From positions 94,227 through 118,226 of the forward strand of contig NZ_JPWH01000001.1 in the NCBI RefSeq assembly GCF_003326755.1: a DNA stretch of 24,000 bases, written 5' to 3'. The position numbers and the translations under genes were made by a program. Of this stretch, positions 16,407 to 24,000 are shown piece after piece. The notes below the pieces were generated by a model, which was not told the DNA's origin, did not search any database, and was given only the letters and a program-made list of their open reading frames with translations. The number at the start of each line of letters is the position of its first letter. Within the stretch, counting starts at the first letter, position 1. This stretch comes from Thalassospira profundimaris (GTDB lineage Bacteria; Pseudomonadota; Alphaproteobacteria; Rhodospirillales; Thalassospiraceae).

Positions 16407-16916
16407 TCAGTTTTTTTCGTCGATTTTGGTTTGATCGCGCAGCAGTGTTAAGGCACGCACCATCCGGCTAAAGGCCGTTTGTGGCGGAATACCAAGTTTC
16501 TCGCCAATTTCGGCATAGGTTTTGCCTTCAAGACGGGCCAGAACAAAAACCTCGCGGGTGGATGCTGGCAATTTGTTAATTGCACTCTGCAATCGGCGTA
16601 ATTCCTGCCGGGACCAAACGATCTGGTCCGGCAAAGGGCTGTCACTGGCGACATATTCGAGGCTTTTTTCCGCATCCGGCACGAATTTCAAAATCCGTTC
16701 GCGGCGAAAATGGTCAACAACCAGATTTTGCGCCGTGCGATACAAATAGGATTGCGCATATTTCACGTCGGGCAGGGACGGCGTTGCCACAACCCGCAAA
16801 AATGTATCCTGCACGATGTCATCGGCGGTGTACCAGGCCAGTTTCCGCTTCTGAACAAAATGCCGCAATCGCGCGTGATACGTGCGAAAAAGCTGATTGA
16901 TATCCCACTGAGTCAC
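16407..16916 (-). CDS. ECF sigma-70 family sigma factor, FecI-like (HasI-like)
   Basis: 169-aa ORF with a GTG start. Region 2 reads DIVQDTFLRV...YLYRTAQNLVVDHFR. Region 4 carries the HTH motif YAEIGEKLGIPPQTAFSRMVRAL. The gene lies directly upstream of the FecR-like gene. Confidence 0.9.
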   Translation of the reverse strand: MTQWDINQLFRTYHARLRHFVQKRKLAWYTADDIVQDTFLRVVATPSLPDVKYAQSYLYRTAQNLVVDHFRRERILKFVPDAEKSLEYVASDSPLPDQIVWSRQELRRLQSAINKLPASTREVFVLARLEGKTYAEIGEKLGIPPQTAFSRMVRALTLLRDQTKIDEKN

Positions 16917-17008
16917 GAACCTGACCTTCTGAAACGCAGCCGTCCATTATCTGTCGCTTTGCGACAACGGGACGGACAATGTCATGTTGGTGTTACAGCA
17001 GGAATATC

Positions 17009-17027
17009 GCATATGAAAATCATTCTC
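17009..17027. promoter_or_regulatory. Fur box upstream of the ECF sigma gene
   Basis: gcatatgaaaatcattctc matches the Fur consensus at 14/19 positions. The core tgaaaatcattctc matches TGATAATCATTATC at 12/14. It lies about 93-111 bp upstream of the sigma start codon. Confidence 0.65.
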
Positions 17028-17074
17028 AATAAAATTTTACATCAATGTATCGATGAATGCTGCCTTCTGACATC

Positions 17075-17108
17075 ATGAAAAAGGCCCTTCGAGCATGCGA
17101 AGAGCCTT
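17075..17108 (-). terminator. Rho-independent terminator of trmB
   Basis: The minus-strand RNA reads GGCUCUUCG-CAUGCU-CGAAGGGCC, a 9-bp stem including one G.U pair, followed by UUUUUCAU. It begins 27 nt after the trmB stop codon. Confidence 0.8.
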
Positions 17109-17134
17109 GAATTGATGGTTTTCTGCCACCGTTA

Positions 17135-17905
17135 TCAGCTACGGGCTTTCCGGCGAAACCGCAAATAGTTGCACTTTTTACCCTGGCGCAATGCCTTTTG
17201 CTCATAGCGGGTTTTTACCCAGTCTTCCGGCGGATTGCGCCAGTCATCCGGGCTTTCGGCCAGCCATTCAAAATCCGGATGATTATGCAGGTGCTGGAGC
17301 GTCCAGGAAATATACTGCATATCATCGCTGGCCACCCGAAACTCGCCGCCATCCTTGATCAAGCGTGCCAGCAACGCCAGATTTTTCGGACCGACAAAGC
17401 GCCGTTCGGCATGGCGCTTTTTCGGCCACGGATCGGGGAACAGCAAAAACACCCGGGCAAAGCAGGCATCCTGCAACTTATAGAGCAGCGGGCGGGAATC
17501 ATCGGGCACGATGCGCACATTTTCCAAATTCCGCTCGCTGATATGGCGGACCATGCTGCTGACCCCATCCATATAGGGTTCACAGCCGATAATACCGATA
17601 TCCGGGTTGGCTTCGGCCTGCCCGGCCAAATGTTCACCGCCACCAAACCCGATTTCCAGCCACACTTCCCGGCGATCGGGCGCAAAATAGCTGCGCGGAT
17701 CAATTCCGGCCTGGTCGGGATAATCGATGGTCAGTTTGGGCAACAGTTCATCCATCAGAACTTTGCGCGACGCCTTGGGCGCACGGCTGCCACGGCGGCC
17801 ATAAAAATTGGGGCGGTCTGGGGTCGGAATGGGTCTGTTGCTACGCATGGTTTTTCTGGCAATTTTAAAGGCGAAACGGGCGGGTTTAAAAACCCCCCGC
17901 CTCAT
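17135..17905 (-). CDS. trmB: tRNA (guanine46-N7)-methyltransferase TrmB
   Basis: The ORF contains LEIGFGGGEH (SAM-binding motif) and LLFPDPWPKKRHAERRF, the hallmark TrmB motif. The start may be internal, at Met20 (ATG ending at 17848). Confidence 0.92.
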   Translation of the reverse strand: MRRGVFKPARFAFKIARKTMRSNRPIPTPDRPNFYGRRGSRAPKASRKVLMDELLPKLTIDYPDQAGIDPRSYFAPDRREVWLEIGFGGGEHLAGQAEANPDIGIIGCEPYMDGVSSMVRHISERNLENVRIVPDDSRPLLYKLQDACFARVFLLFPDPWPKKRHAERRFVGPKNLALLARLIKDGGEFRVASDDMQYISWTLQHLHNHPDFEWLAESPDDWRNPPEDWVKTRYEQKALRQGKKCNYLRFRRKARS

Positions 17906-17962
17906 AACATGTCTGGCGATTTTGGCAAATCACCAATCACCTATCGATGGTCACTGGCACCA

Positions 17963-19138
17963 TCAGGCACCAAATGCCGATTTAAGATCACCCACCAGGT
18001 CGGTTTTCTCCCACGAGAAGAAACCGCCATCACGCGGCTGGCGGCCAAAATGACCATAAGCCGAGGTCGGCGTATAGATCGGCGCGCAAAGGTTCAGATG
18101 TTCGCGAATGCCGCGCGGGCTCAGATCCATCAATTCGCGCAGGACCTTGCCCAGCCTGATTTCGTCAACTTCACCTGTTTGATGGGTGTTGACATACAGC
18201 GCCAGCGGCTTGGAAACACCAATGGCATAAGCCACCTGAATGGTGCATTTACCAGCCAGACCCGCAGCAACCACGTTTTTCGCGAGGTAACGCGCGGCAT
18301 AAGCAGCCGAACGGTCCACCTTCGTCGGGTCCTTGCCCGAGAATGCGCCGCCGCCATGCGGTGCCGCACCGCCATAGGTATCGACAATGATTTTACGACC
18401 GGTCAGGCCCGCATCACCATCCGGTCCGCCAATCACGAAACGGCCCGTCGGGTTGATGTAAATTTCGTCCTGGGAGGGCAGCCAGCCGTCCGGCAGGGCG
18501 GCTTCGATATAAGGCAGTACGGCTGCACGAACCTCGTCCTGGCTGACACCATCATTATGCTGGGTCGAAACCACAACCGAGGTTGCACCAACCGGTTTGC
18601 CGTCAATATAGCGCAACGTGACCTGGCTTTTGGCATCCGGGCCAAAAATGGCCGATGCGCCAGAATGGCGATCTTCTGCCATGCGACGCAGGATCCGGTG
18701 CGAAAACTGGATCGGAGCGGGCATCAATTCGTCGGTTTCATCGCAGGCATAGCCAAACATGATACCCTGGTCGCCCGCGCCAAGGTCCTTGTTGTCCTTG
18801 GAATCAACGCCCTGGGCAATATCGACAGACTGTTCATGCACATGGCAGGAAATATCAGCCGTTTTCCAGCTAAAACCTTCCTGTTCATATCCAATGGCGC
18901 GAATGGCTTCGCGCGCGGCTTCGATCATGGTTTCATCATTGGCAACGCTTGCCGGACCACGAACTTCACCCGCCAGGACCACACGGTTGGTCGTCGCCAG
19001 GGTTTCAACAGCCACGCGGGCATCCGGGTCAGCGGCCAAAAAGGCATCAACAATCGAGTCGGAAATACGATCGCAAACCTTGTCCGGATGACCCTCAGAC
19101 ACGGATTCGCTCGTGAACAGATATTCTTTATGAGACAT
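17963..19138 (-). CDS. metK: S-adenosylmethionine synthetase
   Basis: From the ATG ending at 19138 the sequence reads [27 protein letters not shown]..., and it contains [12 protein letters not shown] and DTYGG. The 27 upstream codons of the track ORF (19139-19219) look like translated leader sequence and are excluded. Confidence 0.96.
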   Translation of the reverse strand: MSHKEYLFTSESVSEGHPDKVCDRISDSIVDAFLAADPDARVAVETLATTNRVVLAGEVRGPASVANDETMIEAAREAIRAIGYEQEGFSWKTADISCHVHEQSVDIAQGVDSKDNKDLGAGDQGIMFGYACDETDELMPAPIQFSHRILRRMAEDRHSGASAIFGPDAKSQVTLRYIDGKPVGATSVVVSTQHNDGVSQDEVRAAVLPYIEAALPDGWLPSQDEIYINPTGRFVIGGPDGDAGLTGRKIIVDTYGGAAPHGGGAFSGKDPTKVDRSAAYAARYLAKNVVAAGLAGKCTIQVAYAIGVSKPLALYVNTHQTGEVDEIRLGKVLRELMDLSPRGIREHLNLCAPIYTPTSAYGHFGRQPRDGGFFSWEKTDLVGDLKSAFGA

Positions 19139-19380
19139 ATAAACCTTCTCCGGTGAAAAGGGAGTTTCCAAAAAACTGGACCGGAGGGCCGCGATACGAA
19201 CGTATCGTTCAGCGCCCACTTAGCCTTTTTTTGCGTGGTGGCAAGCGGTCCAAATCCGTCCACGTCATCGGGTTGTCATATCCCAAATGGAAACATGACC
19301 CAAGCATTTTAAGACTGATGACGGAAAATAGTTATGAATTTGCCCCTGTCAGGTGACAAATGAAACAATCTGGCCTGGCA

Positions 19381-19420
19381 AAACCACAAAAGCGCATCCG
19401 GCAAAAAAGACCGGATGCGC
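19381..19420 (-). terminator. Rho-independent terminator of the XRE regulator gene
   Basis: gcgcatccgg (19392-19401) and ccggatgcgc (19411-19420) form a perfect 10-bp stem with a 9-nt loop. On the minus strand the stem is followed by UUUUGUGGUUU. Confidence 0.85.
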
Positions 19421-19470
19421 CCAGTTCAAAGTGCTAAATATCGCCAGGTCTTTCTGTGCGACAGGCAGGC

Positions 19471-19971
19471 TTATTTGCTCTCGCCTTCATCGGCCGAATG
19501 CAGAACACCCATTGCCTTGACCAGTTCAAAAACGCGTTTGCGCTGAACCGGATCCACAATACGGTAATAAGCCCGCACCAGTTCCAGCGTTTCACGACGA
19601 TTCATCGGATCATTGTCAAACGGATCCGGGCTTTCCGACATTTCACGGCGTTCATGCACCGATTTTGCCGAAATCTCGTCAGGCATATCATCAAAAAAGA
19701 ATGAAACCGGGACTTCAAGCACACGCGACAGATCATACAGGCGCGACGCACCTACACGGTTGGCACCACGTTCGTATTTTTGCACCTGCTGAAATGTCAG
19801 GCCAATCGCTTCACCCAGCTTTTCCTGGCTCATACCTAAAAGAGTACGCCGCAACCGCACCCGGGAACCCACGTGAATATCCACCGGATTTGGTTTGCCA
19901 TTGGCCGTGCGACCACGGCCACGACCACGCGTATTCTTTACAATCATCACACTGTCATCCTTCGGCGACAT
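19471..19971 (-). CDS. XRE/Cro-family helix-turn-helix transcriptional regulator
   Basis: 166-aa ORF. The HTH region is RTLLGMSQEKLGEAIGLTFQQVQKYERGANRVGASRLYDLSRVL. The N-terminal tail is rich in Arg and Gly. It sits between lnt and metK. Confidence 0.85.
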   Translation of the reverse strand: MSPKDDSVMIVKNTRGRGRGRTANGKPNPVDIHVGSRVRLRRTLLGMSQEKLGEAIGLTFQQVQKYERGANRVGASRLYDLSRVLEVPVSFFFDDMPDEISAKSVHERREMSESPDPFDNDPMNRRETLELVRAYYRIVDPVQRKRVFELVKAMGVLHSADEGESK

Positions 19972-20043
19972 CGTCTTGTCCTTCTCACACTCCGACCTGC
20001 CGCCCTGTTCTTATGGGGGACACTTTTTGGGCGGTCCGGTAAA

Positions 20044-21627
20044 TTATTTTTTCGTCCCAGGAGATTTTCTAACCTGTTGATATCCCAATACGAGAACGAA
20101 AATCAGGATTACAATACCGTAAAATGGTATATTGCGCCACAAATAATATACGGTGGTATGGTTTTTCCCCACCAAAAGTGGGGAAACCAAAATGCCCTTT
20201 TTCGTCAAGGGCAGTTCTTTTTGGAAGCGACCATAAGAATCAAAGACAGCCGATACACCCGTATAGGCCGCCCGCACCAGCGGCAAACCTTCTTCAACCG
20301 CGCGAAACCGGGCTGCCGCCAGATGCTGATAGGGGCCGGCACTGTGTCCGAACCAGCCATCATTGGTGACATTCAACAGCCATTCCGGGCGGTCCTGATC
20401 ATCGGTTACGGCACCAGGAAAAATAATTTCATAACATATTAGCGGAGAAAAAGGCGGTAAATTATTTACATGCAAGGTTGCCGGCCCCGGCCCCGCAGAA
20501 AAATCCGTTCGTCCGGCTGTTAATTTGGGAAATGGCAGGATGGACCGGAACGGCACATATTCGCCAAATGGCACCAGATGAAACTTGTCAAAACTGGCAA
20601 CAATATCACCCAGACCATCTATGACCTCGACAGAATTCCAAACCTGGAATTCCCGGCTTTTACGCGGGAAAGTTCTTGGTGCTCCCGTAATCAGAACATC
20701 CTTTGCGCCCAAAATACCGGCGATCAATGCCCGACGTGTCGGATCGGTTTCAAGAAAAAAAGTCGCCGCCGTTTCCGGCCAGATCACAATGCGTTGCCGA
20801 CTGGCCGGAAGATTATCCGGACGCCGCGACATTGCCAGCAATTCACGAAAATGGACATCCTCAAGCGATTTTTCCCATTTTTCCGATTGTGGAATATTGG
20901 GCTGAACCACCTGCAAAACCGGGGCATTTGACGGGGCGTCGGCAAGTTCAGTTGCCACATCAGGCACGCCGGAAAGACGGATTGCCCCGCCCCCCCACAA
21001 AAGCACCGCAATCAACACGCCCGCAACCGCGCAAAACCGCCCGCTACGTCCGACAACCCACAAAGAGGGCAGGGTTGCAAACAGGGCGGTCACGGCACTT
21101 AGCCCATAAATGCCAACAACCGATGCAAACTGCATCGGGGCCGGATCAATCGCCCAGATATGCCCCAAAAGGTTCCAGGGAAAACCGGTCAGAACATGCC
21201 CACGGGCAAATTCGGCAATGGCCCAGAAGGATGCCAGCAAAAAGGCCCGGGCGATCGGCCCCTTGCCCAACTGCCAGCTCCCCCATACCGCCAGCATGGG
21301 GAAAATCGCCAATCCGCCGCCAAGGCCAAGCAAAGCAAAGGGGATCATCCAGCCATAAATTTCGGGTTGAACCAAAAAGGCATGGCTGATCCAGTAAAAC
21401 CCGGCGGCGAAATGACCCGTCCCGAACCACCAGCCCGCCGCCAGCGCACTTTTGCGGGTTTTAACCCCCTCCAGTGACCAAAGCAAAATGGCAAAACCCA
21501 GCGGCAATGCAGGAATAATAAAGAAAGGCGGCAAAGCCAATACTGCCGCCGCCCCCGATAACAGCCACACCAAACGGCGCGGCCAGCCTGTTAAAGCGGC
21601 CACACGGTTGGCCAGGCGATTCATCAT
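20044..21627 (-). CDS. lnt: Apolipoprotein N-acyltransferase
   Basis: 527-aa ORF with a multi-pass N-terminal membrane domain and a C-terminal nitrilase-like domain (IVIWPETA...LICYEIIFPG...NVTNDGWFG). Its start overlaps the upstream corC-like gene's stop codon by 4 nt. Confidence 0.94.
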   Translation of the reverse strand: MMNRLANRVAALTGWPRRLVWLLSGAAAVLALPPFFIIPALPLGFAILLWSLEGVKTRKSALAAGWWFGTGHFAAGFYWISHAFLVQPEIYGWMIPFALLGLGGGLAIFPMLAVWGSWQLGKGPIARAFLLASFWAIAEFARGHVLTGFPWNLLGHIWAIDPAPMQFASVVGIYGLSAVTALFATLPSLWVVGRSGRFCAVAGVLIAVLLWGGGAIRLSGVPDVATELADAPSNAPVLQVVQPNIPQSEKWEKSLEDVHFRELLAMSRRPDNLPASRQRIVIWPETAATFFLETDPTRRALIAGILGAKDVLITGAPRTFPRKSREFQVWNSVEVIDGLGDIVASFDKFHLVPFGEYVPFRSILPFPKLTAGRTDFSAGPGPATLHVNNLPPFSPLICYEIIFPGAVTDDQDRPEWLLNVTNDGWFGHSAGPYQHLAAARFRAVEEGLPLVRAAYTGVSAVFDSYGRFQKELPLTKKGILVSPLLVGKNHTTVYYLWRNIPFYGIVILIFVLVLGYQQVRKSPGTKK

Positions 21628-22607
21628 TTAAGCAATTCCTGAGAATTTTCCCCTTCCGGAACAGAAGGAGTGGAGGGATCGGTTCGATGCAAATGAATGC
21701 GCAAACGCCGAACACGGCGCGGATCGGCATCGAGAACCTCGAATTGCAGCCCCAGCGGATGTTCGATCAACTCACCGCGCGCCGGCACCCGGCCCGCCAG
21801 CGAAAACACCAACCCGCCCAGCGTGTCGATATCCTCGTCCTCTTCTTCGTCCAGCAGGCCAAAACCCAGCTTTTCCTCAAGATCTTCAATCTCGTAGCGG
21901 GCATCGGCAATAAAACAGCCATCCGAAAGACGAATCAGCTTTGGCGTCTGGTCCACATCGTGTTCATCATCAATTTCGCCAACAATTTCCTCGACCAGAT
22001 CCTCGATGGTGATCAGGCCGTCAATGCCGCCAAATTCATCAACCACCAGCGCCATATGGGTGCGCGACAGCCGCATTTCCGACAACAGATCAAGTACGCG
22101 AATGGCCGGTGAAACAAACAATACCCGGCGCAACAGGGCCGACAGCCGGTAATCCCGGCCCGCAGCATGGCAGGCCAGCACATCCTTGATATGAACCATG
22201 CCAACAATGTCATCAAGGGTATCGCCATAAACCGGCAGGCGCGAATGCGCCTTTGTCACCATTTCATTAACAAGATCGGGCAGGCTGATTTTTTTCGGAA
22301 CCGCAACAATATCGGTGCGCGGAATCATCACGTCCTCTGCCGTCATGTCGCGCAGGGCAATGATATTTTCAAACAGCGACCGTTCGTGCAGCGACACCGG
22401 TTCGTCGTCTTCTTCGGTGCGTTCGGCCAGTTCTTCCAGCGTATCGCTGAGCGAGGCCTCGCCATTGCGGGCGCGCGGCTTGCGCAGCCCCATCACCGAA
22501 GCAACATTACCCCAAAACGAAGCCCCATCGGCTTCTTCCTGTAACTCCCCACCTGTGCGGGGCGTCATACTGTCCTTGTCTTCGTCGCGTTCACTTATGT
22601 CGTTCAT
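21624..22607 (-). CDS. corC: CBS-pair / CorC-HlyC domain protein (CorC/YbeX family)
   Basis: 327-aa ORF with tandem CBS domains (VMIPRTDIVAV..., HIKDVL...) and a C-terminal transporter-associated domain. It follows the conserved phoH-ybeY-corC-lnt order. Both ends overlap the neighbouring genes by 4 nt. Confidence 0.88.
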   Translation of the reverse strand: MNDISERDEDKDSMTPRTGGELQEEADGASFWGNVASVMGLRKPRARNGEASLSDTLEELAERTEEDDEPVSLHERSLFENIIALRDMTAEDVMIPRTDIVAVPKKISLPDLVNEMVTKAHSRLPVYGDTLDDIVGMVHIKDVLACHAAGRDYRLSALLRRVLFVSPAIRVLDLLSEMRLSRTHMALVVDEFGGIDGLITIEDLVEEIVGEIDDEHDVDQTPKLIRLSDGCFIADARYEIEDLEEKLGFGLLDEEEDEDIDTLGGLVFSLAGRVPARGELIEHPLGLQFEVLDADPRRVRRLRIHLHRTDPSTPSVPEGENSQELLK

Positions 22608-23173
22608 TGTCCTGTTTCGACATCCTGATCTTCGATAGGGGCGTAGGGATCATCAATTCCCATCCCGGCAAGAATATGGCGCTCAAGCTGCTCCATATGT
22701 TCGGCTTCATCATCAACCATATGATCATAACCGACAAGATGAAGAGTCCCATGCACCGATAAATGAATAAGATGATGCAAAAGCGGCTTGTTTTGTTCGA
22801 TCGCCTCACGTTCGCAGGTTTCGCGCGCAATCACAATATCCCCCAGCATCAGGGGCATATCGGATGCCATCGCAAAATCGCTCGCACCCTCGTCACTTTC
22901 AAGGGCGGCAAAGGATAACACATTGGTCGGCGCATCCTTGCCACGATAATCCCGGTTCAAATCGCGCACGCGGGCATCGTCCGACAGCGTGACACTCACC
23001 TCGATCACACCGGCCTGATCGAGCAGGGATTGGTCACACGCCTCGTCCCACAGGGCGCCATCTTGCGTCGCCGCGCGCAAGGCTGCTTTAACGGCACCCA
23101 TGATGGCTTCCTGCTCGGCGTCACTCCAGTTTCCCGCCTCAATGGCAACATCAAGATCAAGCTGTGCTGTCAT
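22604..23173 (-). CDS. ybeY: Endoribonuclease YbeY (rRNA maturation)
   Basis: The zinc motif [15 protein letters not shown] is present. I place the start at Met34 of the track ORF (ATG ending at 23173; [12 protein letters not shown]...). The longer ORF, starting at 23272, would overlap phoH by 116 nt. Confidence 0.9.
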   Translation of the reverse strand: MTAQLDLDVAIEAGNWSDAEQEAIMGAVKAALRAATQDGALWDEACDQSLLDQAGVIEVSVTLSDDARVRDLNRDYRGKDAPTNVLSFAALESDEGASDFAMASDMPLMLGDIVIARETCEREAIEQNKPLLHHLIHLSVHGTLHLVGYDHMVDDEAEHMEQLERHILAGMGIDDPYAPIEDQDVETGQ

Positions 23174-24000
23174 CACCGGCAATCTCTTGTGCATCACGCG
23201 GGCCATGCCCCTGACGATAGCTTTTGCCAATCCGCTCGCGTAGGGCATCGGCGGCGTCATAGGCCTTGACAATCCGTGTCACCAGGGCGTGGCGCACCAC
23301 GTCGCGCTGGTCAAACTGAATGCGCCCCACACCGTCAACATCTTCCAGCGTTTCCATCGCATCGCGCAGACCCGATTTCACACCCGAGGGCAGGTCGATC
23401 TGCGTCAAATCGCCGGTAATCACCATGCGTGACCCTTCGCCCAGGCGGGTCAGGAACATTTTCATTTGCATTGGCGTGGTGTTCTGGGCTTCGTCAAGAA
23501 TGACAAACGCATGTGACAGGGTACGACCGCGCATAAAGGCCAGCGGTGCCACCTCGATTTCACCGCGTTCCATGCGTTTGATCACCACATCGCCCGGCAA
23601 CGTGTCATGCAGCGCATCATATAGCGGCCGCAGATAGGGATCGACCTTGTCTTTCAGATCGCCAGGCAAAAACCCCAGATGTTCGCCCGCTTCCACCGCC
23701 GGACGTGACAGCACGATCCGGTCCACATGCCCCTGGGAGAGCATCTGAACCGCCATTGCCACCGCCAGATAGGTTTTGCCCGTACCTGCCGGACCGACAC
23801 CAAAAACCAGTTCATGCTCCAGCATCGCCTTGACATAGTTTTTCTGGCGTTTGGAGCGCGGGGAAATCCGGCGTTTTTTGGTCTGAATCACCAGTTCCGA
23901 CCCGCCAAACATGCCTGCCCCGGGCGATGCCGGGTCATCCCACGGATTACCTTCATCAGGTTCCGACAGGCGAATGGCCGCATCCACCGTTTCTCCATCC
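23157..24000 (-). CDS. PhoH-like ATPase (PhoH/YbeZ), probably 5'-truncated by the window edge
   Basis: Walker A is [12 protein letters not shown] and Walker B is FVILDEAQN, followed by the PhoH C-terminal region. The reading frame stays open from 23987 to position 24000, and the track start is a GTG, so the true start probably lies outside the window. Confidence 0.9.
   Translation of the reverse strand, partial: DGETVDAAIRLSEPDEGNPWDDPASPGAGMFGGSELVIQTKKRRISPRSKRQKNYVKAMLEHELVFGVGPAGTGKTYLAVAMAVQMLSQGHVDRIVLSRPAVEAGEHLGFLPGDLKDKVDPYLRPLYDALHDTLPGDVVIKRMERGEIEVAPLAFMRGRTLSHAFVILDEAQNTTPMQMKMFLTRLGEGSRMVITGDLTQIDLPSGVKSGLRDAMETLEDVDGVGRIQFDQRDVVRHALVTRIVKAYDAADALRERIGKSYRQGHGPRDAQEIAGDDSTA

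Noticed and set aside
17198-19156. 652-aa plus-strand ORF antisense to trmB and metK
   Set aside because: It lies opposite two highly conserved genes and crosses their intergenic region. The translation has no recognisable domain.
19139-19219. 27-codon N-terminal extension of the metK ORF ([27 protein letters not shown])
   Set aside because: Conserved MetK sequence begins at [20 protein letters not shown] (ATG ending at 19138), which has a GGAGAAGG Shine-Dalgarno upstream. The extension is translated leader.
1-24000. Search for CRISPR arrays, tRNA/rRNA genes, IS elements, integrases, toxin-antitoxin pairs or defence-system genes
   Set aside because: I saw no regularly spaced direct repeats, no cloverleaf-like or rRNA-like segments, and no ORFs with transposase, integrase or nuclease/defence signatures. 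Apart from the heme cluster, every sizeable minus-strand ORF is accounted for by a housekeeping function.

Overview
All supported genes are on the minus strand. The window is a conserved alphaproteobacterial-type housekeeping backbone interrupted by a roughly 9.7 kb iron/heme accessory cluster at about 7351-17030.

Backbone, left side: rpsO (partial), truB, rbfA, infB, ylxR-like, nusA, rimP. Backbone, right side: trmB, metK, an XRE regulator, lnt, corC/ybeX, ybeY, phoH/ybeZ (partial).

The accessory cluster has the gene order of a Has-type hemophore system. In transcription order it encodes a FecI-like ECF sigma factor, a FecR-like anti-sigma factor, a TonB-dependent transducer with heme-receptor motifs, a small secreted protein, a PrtD/HasD-type T1SS ABC exporter, a HlyD/HasE-type membrane fusion protein and a heme oxygenase.

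The most interesting element is the 242-aa secreted protein. Its N-terminal ~145 aa align by eye to the HasA hemophore fold and keep the Tyr/His heme-ligand dyad, but they lack the His32-type loop ligand. Its C-terminal ~95 aa are three RTX nonapeptides plus an RTX-style T1SS secretion domain, which the HasA sequence I recall does not have.

Strong Fur-box matches lie upstream of the sigma gene and directly upstream of the hemophore-like gene. Hairpins separate the receptor, hemophore and exporter genes.

I saw no integrase, transposase, tRNA, CRISPR array or defence genes. Every homology statement comes from reading the translations and from remembered family motifs, not from a database search.
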